From the sequence record DRR378314_778: a DNA stretch of 64,000 bases, one strand, 5' to 3'. Made by a program: the position numbers and the translations under genes. Below, one piece after another: positions 47,556 through 57,079 of this stretch. The stretch's first letter is position 1; each line of letters opens with the position of its first letter. Under the pieces are notes generated by a model, which was given only the letters and a program-made list of their open reading frames with translations, did not search any database and was not told the origin of the DNA.

Positions 47556-48992
47556 ATGGAAGTGAAAGCAAACCTTATTGGTGGGAAATGGGTCACCGGA
47601 AAAACGACACAGAAAAACATTAATCCATCTGATATTTCAGATGTGATTGGAATATATGCTCAGGGCTCCGCGGATGATGTTTCTGCTGCGGCCGAAGCCG
47701 CTAAAAAAGCACAAGGTACCTGGGCAAATCTGGATGCGCAAAGCCGTCATGATATTCTGGATAAGACCGGGAATACCATCCTCGCCCGTAAAGAAGAGCT
47801 TGGTAGATTGCTGGCCCGTGAAGAAGGTAAGATCTTGCCTGAAGCCATTGGCGAAACTATTCGAGCTGGCAATGTTTTCAAGTTTTTTGCCGGTGAGTGT
47901 CTTCGTAACACTGGAGATCTTGTTGAGGCCGTCCGTCCCGGAATAGGCATTGAAGTTACCCGGGAACCTGTTGGTATTGTCGGTCTGATCACTCCTTGGA
48001 ACTTTCCTATTGCGATACCTGCCTGGAAGATAGCGCCTGCTCTCGCGTTCGGAAATATCGTGATTTGCAAACCGGCTGATTTGACGCCTGGATGTGCCCA
48101 TGCAATAGCCGAGATTTTAATGGAAAGTGGACTACCAGAAGGGGTTTTCAATCTAATTATGGGTCGTGGTTCGGTAGTGGGTGAGGCGATGCTGGATCAT
48201 CCGGATATAAATGCAATTTCTTTTACAGGATCTGTGAATACAGGTCGTCATGTCGCAGAGAAATGCTTGCAGGGCATGAAGAAGGTCCAGCTTGAAATGG
48301 GGGGCAAGAATCCAACTGTTGTCCTTGATGATGCGGATTTGGATGTTGCGGTTTCCAGCTGTCTAAACAGTGCTTTTTTCTCCACGGGACAACGCTGTAC
48401 GGCTTCGTCCCGTTTTATTGTGCAGGAAGGGATTTATGATGCGTTTGTTAGTCGTCTGACTGAACAGATGCAGGCCTTGAAGGTAGGCCAGGCCCTTTCA
48501 GCAGATAGCCAAATCGGCCCGGTTGTGGATGAGCGGCAACTATTATCCAATCTGAAATATGTGGACCTGGCGAAAGAAGAGGGGGCAACAGTTGTCGGTG
48601 GGGAGCGTGTTGAAGCATCTACTGAGGGATACTTCCAGCGGCCAGCCTTGTTCGCAAATACCAGCAATAACATGCGGATCAATCAGGAGGAAATTTTTGG
48701 ACCCTGTGCCAGCGTCATTAAGGTCAAAGATTTTGAAGAAGCGGTGACCGTTGCCAATGATACAGAATTCGGACTGTCCGCCGGGATTTGCACGCAAAGC
48801 CTGAAGTATGCCGCTGAGTTCAAGAAACGGGCTCAGGCAGGTCTTGTAATGGTGAATTTACCGACTGCGGGGATTGATTATCATGTACCCTTTGGTGGCC
48901 GAAAGGGATCCAGCTATGGGCCACGAGAACAAGGAAGTTATGCCAAAGAATTCTACACAATTGTGAAAACCAGTTACATCTCCGTTGGCTGA
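47556..48992 (+). CDS. Aldehyde dehydrogenase, alpha-ketoglutaric semialdehyde dehydrogenase-like
   Basis: TPWNFPIAIPAWK, QLEMGGKN, STGQRCTAS, DYHVPFGG.K.SSYGPREQG. Confidence 0.85.
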   Translation: MEVKANLIGGKWVTGKTTQKNINPSDISDVIGIYAQGSADDVSAAAEAAKKAQGTWANLDAQSRHDILDKTGNTILARKEELGRLLAREEGKILPEAIGETIRAGNVFKFFAGECLRNTGDLVEAVRPGIGIEVTREPVGIVGLITPWNFPIAIPAWKIAPALAFGNIVICKPADLTPGCAHAIAEILMESGLPEGVFNLIMGRGSVVGEAMLDHPDINAISFTGSVNTGRHVAEKCLQGMKKVQLEMGGKNPTVVLDDADLDVAVSSCLNSAFFSTGQRCTASSRFIVQEGIYDAFVSRLTEQMQALKVGQALSADSQIGPVVDERQLLSNLKYVDLAKEEGATVVGGERVEASTEGYFQRPALFANTSNNMRINQEEIFGPCASVIKVKDFEEAVTVANDTEFGLSAGICTQSLKYAAEFKKRAQAGLVMVNLPTAGIDYHVPFGGRKGSSYGPREQGSYAKEFYTIVKTSYISVG

Positions 48993-49008
48993 TTGAGTTG
49001 GGAAGATC

Positions 49009-49479
49009 ATGACTTTACCGGACACAATACCTTTGAAATGGCGCCGACGGTTCATGGAGCTGGCAACCCACATTTCAGAATGGACAGAGGATAGGGATTT
49101 TAAGGTTGGTGCCGTCATTGTAGGCACCAATAACGAAATCAGATCAACAGGTTATAATGGTCTTCCTCGCAAGGTCAAGGCAAACGATGGAACACGCTTT
49201 GACCGCAAAACCGGAGAGAAATTTTTCTGGTTTGAGCACGCTGAGAGGAACGCCATTTATAACGCAGCCTATTTTGGTGCCTCTCTTGCCGGGTGTAACC
49301 TCTATGTAAATAGGTTCCCTTGCGCTGACTGCGCACGCGCGATTATTCAGAGCGGGATCACAGGCGTTTGCGCACCGCCTAAACCAAGCCAAGATGGGGC
49401 GCTGGATCATAGTTTTGACGTGTCGGAAACCCTCCTGAAAGAGGCAGGAATTGATCTCTTTGTCTTTGGGATAGACTAA
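49009..49479 (+). CDS. dCMP deaminase-like zinc deaminase
   Basis: VGAVIV, TGYNG, HAERNAI, PCADC. Confidence 0.88.
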   Translation: MTLPDTIPLKWRRRFMELATHISEWTEDRDFKVGAVIVGTNNEIRSTGYNGLPRKVKANDGTRFDRKTGEKFFWFEHAERNAIYNAAYFGASLAGCNLYVNRFPCADCARAIIQSGITGVCAPPKPSQDGALDHSFDVSETLLKEAGIDLFVFGID

Positions 49480-49677
49480 TCAACTGTTCGGCTTTGATCA
49501 GCTGTCTAGTAAAAGTCAGGTCGGGTTTAGAACGCCAATTATCTTCCCTGTAAGAATGAGGACAATGTCATCATAGGGTCTACCGTTCTTAGACAATTTT
49601 TCCTTTAAAATGGGAAAGTTTGGACCACTATTTGATTTTTAGACACTCTAACCTATTGAAATAATTGATATCCGTTT

Positions 49678-49725
49678 GCATTCGTAATGCGTAGGTCGCG
49701 TGTTCGAGTCACGCCAGCGGCACCA
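49678..49725 (+). repeat. 3' half of tRNA-Thr(CGT) (attR or tandem-island junction)
   Basis: GCA-TTCGTAA-TGCGT-AGGTC-GCGTG-TTCGAGT-CACGC-CAGCGGC-ACCA with no 5' half. Confidence 0.9.
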
Positions 49726-49993
49726 TTAAATCTGCGACTTAGTGAGTATCTGCGGGCTTGATGATTGGTTTTTTTAGACCTTCTTTGTCTAATTTTTTCG
49801 TCAAAAAGTTTAACCTCAATCCTCGTACTAGGGAACGATGCCACTTTTGAGGGAGAATTTTCGCAAACACGAAGCGTTGCTCTATGGCGCAGTATAGCAT
49901 CTATTGGATGGATAGATTTGTATAAAAGTAGATATGAACTTACCCGCTCCGAGTTTTGAGAAGGCACCCGGAGTGGGTGTTGTTTTCAACAGT

Positions 49994-51001
49994 TTAATTT
50001 TTTGGCGCTTTGAGATCAGTTTTCAAGAACTCATTGGTATAAGCGTCTTGAACTTTGAACGGTTTTTCGAGAGAGAAATACTTCTCTACTAGGGCGTAAC
50101 TAGTCTCTAACTCTTCAGGCTCGAAATATCCGAGAGCTTTTGTTCTTGTTGCCTCGGTAGACATCAATTCTTCAACGCGACCCCATTGATCAATTTGGGC
50201 TTCTTCATCCAAGCCACTGACATTTTTCAACAAGGAGGCGATGCAGGGTTTGTGATCTTGAGCGCATGCTGCAAACGCTTTTTGGGTGACGGCCACAAAT
50301 TTAGCGACAGTTTTTTTGTTGGAGGCAAGATAGTCTGCATTCGCGAAAATCGTATTTCCGTAGGGGTTCACGCCGACATCACGCCAGGCAACGAAACCCA
50401 TGTCATCGCCTAAATTCTTCAGCTTTAAGTCATGGCCGTTATAAAAATCGCTCATAATATCAATCCGATTAGCCATGAGGCTTGGCATTTTTGCTTGGGG
50501 AGCAATATTGACAAATTTCACAGAATTTACATCAATGCCGACAGCTTTGGCGAAAGCTGGCCACATAACGCGGGCCGCATCACTTGGAGGATTGCCGATC
50601 GTGTGGCCAGGAAAATCTTTTGGCCCGTTGATTGCGCTTGCACTTTTGCGCCAATAAAACCCCTGAGGAGAATTAGCGTAAACGGCCATGACACCAACAA
50701 GGCCCGCTCCTTTGCCACGGGCAATAAAGGCTGTTGGAAGATCAGCGACTCCGAGTTGAGCTTGACCCAAACCGATCCGTTGTGATGAGGCTGCGGAGCC
50801 TTTCGCAGATTCAATCGTTAAGTCAATTCCAGCATCTGAATACCAGCCTTGGTCTCGAGCGTAATAGTATGGTGAGTGGTCAGCAGTTGGAAACCAATTC
50901 AAAGAAAACATAACTTTTTCTTCTGCTTGAACGCTGCCTAGACTTGTCAATCCTGCGAACGAAATCGCCGCAAGGGATGTGACTAATTTTTTTATTCGCA
51001 T
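49994..51001 (-). CDS. ABC substrate-binding protein, NMT1/THI5-like
   Basis: Signal peptide; LNWFP..DH.PYYYA..GWY..AGID. Confidence 0.87.
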   Translation of the reverse strand: MRIKKLVTSLAAISFAGLTSLGSVQAEEKVMFSLNWFPTADHSPYYYARDQGWYSDAGIDLTIESAKGSAASSQRIGLGQAQLGVADLPTAFIARGKGAGLVGVMAVYANSPQGFYWRKSASAINGPKDFPGHTIGNPPSDAARVMWPAFAKAVGIDVNSVKFVNIAPQAKMPSLMANRIDIMSDFYNGHDLKLKNLGDDMGFVAWRDVGVNPYGNTIFANADYLASNKKTVAKFVAVTQKAFAACAQDHKPCIASLLKNVSGLDEEAQIDQWGRVEELMSTEATRTKALGYFEPEELETSYALVEKYFSLEKPFKVQDAYTNEFLKTDLKAPKN

Positions 51002-51105
51002 TGAATCTTCCCTGTTTTGCTAGTATCAAAATCCCAATCGAGAGGTCGTAAAGTGTGGTTTAGGATTACAACGCTAATTACTAATTTTAGAACTGTCAAT
51101 AGTAT

Positions 51106-51117
51106 CCAACTAGTTGG
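51106..51117. promoter_or_regulatory. Putative TetR operator
   Basis: Perfect palindrome CCAACTAGTTGG; near copy at 51828-51839. Confidence 0.65.
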
Positions 51118-51125
51118 TTGATAAA

Positions 51126-51779
51126 ATGAAGCAAGACTCATCAAAGCAGAAAAAACGCGGTGGTCGCCGGAAAAAATCCGCTAATAACGATACACGACAA
51201 ACGTTACTTGAAGTGGCGAGAGTAGAATTCGCCGCACATGGCCTCGAAGGTGCAAGAGTAGATCGGATCGCGAAAAAATCTGAAGTGAACAAGCAGCTTG
51301 TTTATCATTATTTTGGAAGTAAGGATGACCTGTATACTGCCGTTCTGGAAGAAGCCTATCACGATATTCGCGAAAAAGAGAGTGCGTTGGATCTCAGTGA
51401 TTTGCCCGCGAAAGATGCTATGCGAAATCTCATCGAATTTTCGTTTGATTACCTTGATGAGAACCGTGATTTTGTTGCGCTCGTAACGGACGAAAATACC
51501 CATCAGGGCGAGCATTTAAATGGCTCGCAGATGTTGGAGCCAATGAACAGGCCTATACTTGATTTAATCAAGCAAACACTGGATCGAGGGGACTTTAAGG
51601 TGGGGCTTGATCCTCTTCAAGTGTATGTGTCTGTAGCGGCCTTATCATTTTTTTATTTTTCTAACGCGTATACGTTGTCTAGGATATTTGGGCGGGACTT
51701 GCTTGCCCCTGCCGCGGTTGCCGAAAGAAAGAGGCATGTTGTGGACTTTGTAATGGCGTCGATTAAAAAAGAAACTTAA
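51126..51779 (+). CDS. TetR family regulator (RutR/NicS-like)
   Basis: EFAAHGLEGARVDRIA..NKQLVYHYFGSKDDLY; FFYFSNAYTLS. Confidence 0.92.
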   Translation: MKQDSSKQKKRGGRRKKSANNDTRQTLLEVARVEFAAHGLEGARVDRIAKKSEVNKQLVYHYFGSKDDLYTAVLEEAYHDIREKESALDLSDLPAKDAMRNLIEFSFDYLDENRDFVALVTDENTHQGEHLNGSQMLEPMNRPILDLIKQTLDRGDFKVGLDPLQVYVSVAALSFFYFSNAYTLSRIFGRDLLAPAAVAERKRHVVDFVMASIKKET

Positions 51780-51794
51780 AATATACTCTGTCTA

Positions 51795-51841
51795 TTGACA
51801 GGGACGTGAGTGTTATTTAATAATCAACCAAATAGTTGGTT
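51795..51841 (+). promoter_or_regulatory. Sigma70-type promoter followed by TetR operator-like inverted repeat
   Basis: TTGACA 51795-51800, AT-rich -10 region, AACCAA-ATAG-TTGGTT 51826-51841. Confidence 0.65.
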
Positions 51842-51857
51842 AATACGGAAAACGTTC

Positions 51858-52676
51858 ATGGCGATAGATGAAAACGACCCAGCACCGCTAAAAAATGTTG
51901 CTAGCTTCAGCGCAAAGATTAGAGAGTTCTCTCCCGCTTTGGTGCCCATTATTGTATCGCATCTAAGTATTTTAGTTCTTTGGCACGTTGTGGTGTCGTA
52001 TGCAGATATACCGGCGTATGTTTTGCCCTCTCCTTACGCAACAATTCAAACGTTGTTTTCTGAAAATTACGATTGGACCCTAAATACATTAGTCTCCGCC
52101 GCCGAAATTTATGGTGGTTATGTTCTTGCCGTTCTTTTTGGAATCGGAATGGCGCTTGTTTTCTATTGGTTTAATTGGTTCAGTGTTCTCGCGCTCCCTC
52201 TGTTTGTAACATTCAGTATGGTGCCAAAAATAGCTTTAGGACCGCTGTTTGTTGTCTGGTTTAGCTATGGAATTGCGACCAACATATTTATCGCATTTAT
52301 CATTTCGTTTTTTCCGATGCTATTGACCACGCTGCGCGGCCTACGTGAAATCGAACCTGAAATGTTAGAGCTGGTCCGTGCGTTGAAGGCAACGCGGTGG
52401 CAAATATTTATCAAGATACAGCTTCCCAATTCTCTTCCCTATATTTTCTCGGGCATGAAAGTCAGCAGCATTCTGGCGGTGGCTGGTGCCATTGTCGGCG
52501 AATTTATTGCTTCAGAAAATGGCCTGGGCTATCTGATGATTCAGGTGCAGGCCGTTCTCGATACAGCGGCTATGTTCATGGCCGTCGCTCTTTTGAGCCT
52601 TGTGGGTGTGAGCTTATATCTGATCATCATTGGGCTCGAGCGTATTTTTGTCGTCAAAGATTCAAGATTAGATTGA
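51858..52676 (+). CDS. ABC permease (TauC/SsuC-type)
   Basis: LPSP, VPKIALGP, GAIVGEF..GLGY. Confidence 0.92.
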   Translation: MAIDENDPAPLKNVASFSAKIREFSPALVPIIVSHLSILVLWHVVVSYADIPAYVLPSPYATIQTLFSENYDWTLNTLVSAAEIYGGYVLAVLFGIGMALVFYWFNWFSVLALPLFVTFSMVPKIALGPLFVVWFSYGIATNIFIAFIISFFPMLLTTLRGLREIEPEMLELVRALKATRWQIFIKIQLPNSLPYIFSGMKVSSILAVAGAIVGEFIASENGLGYLMIQVQAVLDTAAMFMAVALLSLVGVSLYLIIIGLERIFVVKDSRLD

Positions 52677-52686
52677 GGGGCGTTCC

Positions 52687-54114
52687 GTGCAAGATCCGCT
52701 ATACACTCTGAACGCTGATCAACTTTTTCAGGGTTTTAAAAATAAAGATTTTACGCCTAGCGAAGTCGCGCTTTCTTGTTTGGATCGCATTGAAAATTAC
52801 AATTCTGTCATTAACGCGTTCTGCCATCTCGATAAAGACGCCACACTAGACCTAGCAGCACAATCAGATATCAGATGGCATCATCAGGCACCGTTGAGTG
52901 CTCTGGATGGGGTGCCTGTTTCCATCAAAGATTTACTACTGACAAAAAACTGGCCGACGTTGAGGGGCTCAAAAACGGCCTCGGCAACTGGCAATTGGAC
53001 GGAAGATAGTCCCCCAGTTGCCCGATTGAGAGCTGCGGGTGCTGTGTTTCTGGGTAAGACGGCAACGCCAGAGTTCGCTTGGAAAGGTGTAACAGATAGC
53101 CCTCTTTGCGGCACAACACGCAATCCCTGGAATACAGATTTCACGCCAGGTGGAAGCAGTGGGGGCGCCAGTGCAGCGGTTGCATCTGGGATGGGCCCTA
53201 TTGCATTAGGTACAGACGCAGGGGGCTCATTGAGAATCCCGGCTGCGATGTGTGGTCTTTTCACAATTAAGCCGACGGGCGGGCGGGTGCCGAGTCATCC
53301 CCCAACGCCTTATGGCAGCTTCGCAGCCAGTGGCCCGATAAGTTGGCGTGTTAAAGATGCCGCCTCTTTTCTAGATATCATTGCCAAACCCGATGCTCGA
53401 GATTGGTCTGCGTTGCCTTTGTCATCTGATCATTTCGTTGACTCAATATCGCGACCATTTAAGCCACTTCGCATCGGATGGTCTGAAGATTTAGGTTTTG
53501 TAAAACCTCAGGCTGGAATTATATCGCGCGCGGAAAAAGCGATTGCATGTCTTCAGGAGTTGGGTCACCAAGTTGAAAGAGTTGATCGCCCATTTGAAGA
53601 TCCAACAGAGATCTATGAGGATCTTCGCGAAGGTATGACGGTCTCCGCTTTTGCACGAATGAGTGACGTACAGTTGTCGCAGATGGATCCGGGATTGGTT
53701 GCGCATATCATCCATAGCCGAAAGAATGCGACACTAGAAAAATATTTATTAGCCCAGTCTAAACGATCTGAGATTGGCCGCCAGATGAATGAGTTTCATG
53801 AACAGTATGATCTATTGCTCACACCGGCTCTGGCGACAAAAACATTTAAGGTGGGAACAGATGGTCCTGATGGCTTGCCATCCAGCCGTGACTGGTCTCC
53901 CTATACGTTCCCCTTCAATTTGACAAAACAACCAGCGGTAACCCTGCCGTGCGGTTTTGATGAAAACGGTCATCCCGTGGCAGTACAGCTTGTCGGGCCC
54001 TTATATTGCGAAGCTTTGTTGTTACAGATTTCTCACCAATTTGAAGCCGCGTATCCGTGGGTGCGCGACCCTTTAACACCTACTTTAAACTCCAAAACCA
54101 GCGAACTGAGATAA
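52687..54114 (+). CDS. Amidase-signature family enzyme
   Basis: GVPVSIKD, TPGGSSGG, LGTDAGGSLRIPA. Confidence 0.93.
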   Translation: MQDPLYTLNADQLFQGFKNKDFTPSEVALSCLDRIENYNSVINAFCHLDKDATLDLAAQSDIRWHHQAPLSALDGVPVSIKDLLLTKNWPTLRGSKTASATGNWTEDSPPVARLRAAGAVFLGKTATPEFAWKGVTDSPLCGTTRNPWNTDFTPGGSSGGASAAVASGMGPIALGTDAGGSLRIPAAMCGLFTIKPTGGRVPSHPPTPYGSFAASGPISWRVKDAASFLDIIAKPDARDWSALPLSSDHFVDSISRPFKPLRIGWSEDLGFVKPQAGIISRAEKAIACLQELGHQVERVDRPFEDPTEIYEDLREGMTVSAFARMSDVQLSQMDPGLVAHIIHSRKNATLEKYLLAQSKRSEIGRQMNEFHEQYDLLLTPALATKTFKVGTDGPDGLPSSRDWSPYTFPFNLTKQPAVTLPCGFDENGHPVAVQLVGPLYCEALLLQISHQFEAAYPWVRDPLTPTLNSKTSELR

Positions 54115-54115
54115 T

Positions 54116-55159
54116 ATGGGACAGCATAAAACTACTCAAAATTTGCCCAATCTGATTTCAAACCTCGAAGAATTGGAAGAAATTTTATCTCGTCCAAGTC
54201 CTGAATTAATTTCAGAGCTGTCGGCGTTAGATGGTGATATTTTAATTCTGGGGGCCGGTGGGAAAATTGGCCCATCATTGGCTCGGATGGCAAAGCGCGC
54301 TTGCCCGGATAAAAATGTGACGGCAGTCGCCCGGTTTTCAAATCCTGATTTACTCGCCCAATTCTCAAAAGACGGAATTGAAACTGTCAAAGCGGATCTA
54401 ATGGATGCTCAGGCGATCAAGGATCTACCCGACGCCAAGAATGTACTGTTCCTTGCCGGCCAGAAATTTGGCTCTTCTGATACCCAGTCTTTCACTTGGG
54501 CCATGAACAGTTTTATGCCCGGCCTCATTGCTCAGCGGTATTCAAAGAGCCGAATAGTCGCGTATTCAACAGGCTGTGTATATCCGTTTGTTCCGATCGG
54601 TTCAGGTGGTGCAACTGAAGATTTGGCACCAAATCCCCCCGGTGAATATGCAATGTCTTGTGTGGGAAGAGAGCGGATCTTCGAATATTATTCGCAGCAA
54701 CATGGAACGCCAGGCCGCCTTTTTCGCCTCAATTATGCGATCGATCTTCGATATGGTGTTCTCGTTGATATTGCTCAAAAAATTCTGAACGATGAGGTCA
54801 TCGATGTGACGATGGGACATGCCAATGTCATTTGGCAAGGTGACGCCAATAGTCTTGCGCTCCGTTGTTTGGCGCAGGCAACCACTCCCACAAGCCCAAT
54901 TAATGTTAGTGGACCAGAGACAATTTCCATCCGTTGGCTTGCCGAAAAACTTGCGCAACGGTTTAATAAAAAGGTTCAAATTACGGGCGTCGAAGCCAAT
55001 CAAGCCTGGCTCACGAATACCGCGCAGGCCAACAAAATATTCGGATACCCGAATGTACCATTGGAATTGATCGTGGATTGGGTCGCGGATTGGCTTGAGC
55101 GTGGTAATGAAGTCCATGGCAAACCGACTAAGTTTGAGGTCCGCGATGGAAACTATTGA
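54116..55159 (+). CDS. NAD-dependent epimerase/dehydratase family protein
   Basis: LGAGGKIG, STGCVY, YAMSC.GRE, RLNYAIDLRYGV. Confidence 0.85.
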   Translation: MGQHKTTQNLPNLISNLEELEEILSRPSPELISELSALDGDILILGAGGKIGPSLARMAKRACPDKNVTAVARFSNPDLLAQFSKDGIETVKADLMDAQAIKDLPDAKNVLFLAGQKFGSSDTQSFTWAMNSFMPGLIAQRYSKSRIVAYSTGCVYPFVPIGSGGATEDLAPNPPGEYAMSCVGRERIFEYYSQQHGTPGRLFRLNYAIDLRYGVLVDIAQKILNDEVIDVTMGHANVIWQGDANSLALRCLAQATTPTSPINVSGPETISIRWLAEKLAQRFNKKVQITGVEANQAWLTNTAQANKIFGYPNVPLELIVDWVADWLERGNEVHGKPTKFEVRDGNY

Positions 55160-56000
55160 AAATCTAGGTTTGTTTCAGAAAGGACTAAAGTCGAGCGATA
55201 TTCCCGGCGCTATGGCGCTGGTCCGTGAAGCCGGTTGGAACCAAGTTCCAGCGGATTGGGAATGGATGTGCGCGGTTGGTGATGCCATCGTCTTGAAAGA
55301 TGCAGATGGACGGATCGTTGCGAGTGCTCTTGCACTTCCCTATGGGCTTGAATTTGGCTGGATCAGTATGGTTCTTGTCTCCAAAGACATGCGCCGTAAG
55401 GGGTTAGCGACCTTTCTTTTAGATGATCGTATTTCTTGGCTTAAAAGCAGGAACCTTACTCCCATTCTTGATGCGACGGCAGACGGAGAGAAGGTTTATA
55501 GAAATATCGGTTTTGAAGGTGACCTGACGTTTACCCGATGGCAGGGAATTGGCGTTCAATCTGGCGCTATGGCAACTCAAATTCGCCAGGTCGACTCCTC
55601 TGATTACGAGGAGATTTACAAGTTGGACGCTGAATGTTTTTGCGCTGATAGAAGAAGCCTCATATCGAATTTGATAGAACGTGAAAAGAGCGCCGCTCTT
55701 GTTTGTGAGACTGTTGAACGCGGGTTTGCGATTGTTCGGCAGGGATCAAACGCAACACAGATTGGTCCCTTAGTCGCCTCAGATCAGTCGGATGCAATAG
55801 CATTAATCGAGGCAGCGCTAGTTCAGTGCGATGGGCCGGTATTTTTCGATTTACTTGATCAACGTGTCAGCATTGCCAACCATATAACGGCTCTGGGTTT
55901 TGAAAAGCAACGAAGCTTTAAGCGAATGAGTTTGGGGAAGGCCCCACTTTTCTCAGATCATGGGACCTCCTTCATCGTTGCCGGCCCAGAATACGGATAG
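55146..56000 (+). CDS. Two-domain GNAT family acetyltransferase
   Basis: GWNQ, WISMVLV...RRKGLA, LDAT..G..VY...GF, IGPLVA, GPEYG. Confidence 0.87.
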   Translation: METIENLGLFQKGLKSSDIPGAMALVREAGWNQVPADWEWMCAVGDAIVLKDADGRIVASALALPYGLEFGWISMVLVSKDMRRKGLATFLLDDRISWLKSRNLTPILDATADGEKVYRNIGFEGDLTFTRWQGIGVQSGAMATQIRQVDSSDYEEIYKLDAECFCADRRSLISNLIEREKSAALVCETVERGFAIVRQGSNATQIGPLVASDQSDAIALIEAALVQCDGPVFFDLLDQRVSIANHITALGFEKQRSFKRMSLGKAPLFSDHGTSFIVAGPEYG

Positions 56001-56009
56001 GAATATAAG

Positions 56010-57065
56010 ATGCATTGGACTGAAATTCCAAATCCACTGATGGATAAATTTCGCGACGGTATTGTAATTCCAGCACAACCGTTGGCATTAAACAGTGCTC
56101 GCCAGTTTGATCCAGTTCGCCAACGAGCCCTAACTCGCTATTACATGGACGCGGGCTCTGGTGGGTTGGCTGTGGGTGTTCATACGACACAATTTGCCAT
56201 TCGTGATGTGGGACTTTACCAACCTGTTTTGGAAACAGCAGCGGCGGTTGTTGATGACTGGTGTGGTTCGCCTAAATTTCTGATAGCGGGTGTGGCTGGT
56301 CGGACAAAGCAAGCTATAGAGGAAGCAAAGACTGCAAAACTTTTGGGGTATCGAGCCGTTTTGGTGAGTATGGCCGCTCTTAACAATAGTAGTGAAGCTG
56401 AGTTAATAGAGCATTGCACCGCTATATCAAAAGTCATTCCAATAATTGGTTTCTACCTTCAGAAAGCTGTAGGTGGGCGTGATCTCAGCCGTCAATTTTG
56501 GAGAGATTTTGCAGAGATTGAGAATGTCATTGGCATTAAAATGGCTCCCTTTAACCGCTACGCAACGTTGGATGTTATCCGCGGAGTTGTTGAAGCGAAA
56601 GCCGAAAAGCGGATCACTCTATATACTGGCAATGACGATCACATTGTCCTCGACCTGGTATCGACACACGAGATTTTACGCGGCGATCAAAAAGTTACCA
56701 TGCGAATAGCAGGCGGTTTGCTAGGCCACTGGAGTGTCTGGACAAGTAGTGCTGTCAAAACGTTAGAAATGTGTAAGGACGCCAAGAAAAATAATAACAT
56801 TTCCGCGGAATTAATGAGCTTGGACAGTGCAGTAACAGATTGTAATTCGGTTGTTTTCGATGTGGTGAATAATTTTCAGGGCGTAATTGCGGGTTGCCAT
56901 GAAATCCTACGGCGACAAGGATTGCTGGAAGGCCGCTGGTGTTTGGACGAGACGGAAGATTTAGGGCCTGGACAAGCAGACGAAATCGACCGGATTTACC
57001 GCGAATATCCGCAATTGAATGACGATGATTTTGTTTCAAAAAATCTACACAGATGGCTTTCTTAG
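56010..57065 (+). CDS. DHDPS-like family protein (atypical GVHTTQF type)
   Basis: [41 protein letters not shown]. Confidence 0.83.
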   Translation: MHWTEIPNPLMDKFRDGIVIPAQPLALNSARQFDPVRQRALTRYYMDAGSGGLAVGVHTTQFAIRDVGLYQPVLETAAAVVDDWCGSPKFLIAGVAGRTKQAIEEAKTAKLLGYRAVLVSMAALNNSSEAELIEHCTAISKVIPIIGFYLQKAVGGRDLSRQFWRDFAEIENVIGIKMAPFNRYATLDVIRGVVEAKAEKRITLYTGNDDHIVLDLVSTHEILRGDQKVTMRIAGGLLGHWSVWTSSAVKTLEMCKDAKKNNNISAELMSLDSAVTDCNSVVFDVVNNFQGVIAGCHEILRRQGLLEGRWCLDETEDLGPGQADEIDRIYREYPQLNDDDFVSKNLHRWLS

Positions 57066-57079
57066 GTGGGGATATAATT

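Larger units (their letters stand above)
7037..49725. mobile_element. tRNA-Thr-anchored genomic island (~42.6 kb), no integrase visible
   Basis: 21-bp direct repeat GCATTCGTAATGCGTAGGTCG at 7037-7057 and 49678-49698; mosaic accessory cargo and IS/TA fragments between. Confidence 0.75.

Noticed and set aside
49009-49479. Deaminase as anti-phage dCTP deaminase
   Set aside because: Small single-domain protein with no kinase-like domain, 16 bp after a catabolic gene; a metabolic role is more parsimonious
49678-49725. Second functional tRNA-Thr
   Set aside because: No 5' acceptor strand or D-arm upstream; it is an att-type fragment
49653-49967. 104-aa and 64-aa ORFs near the att copy
   Set aside because: They translate tRNA fragment and intergenic DNA; no integrase or other motif
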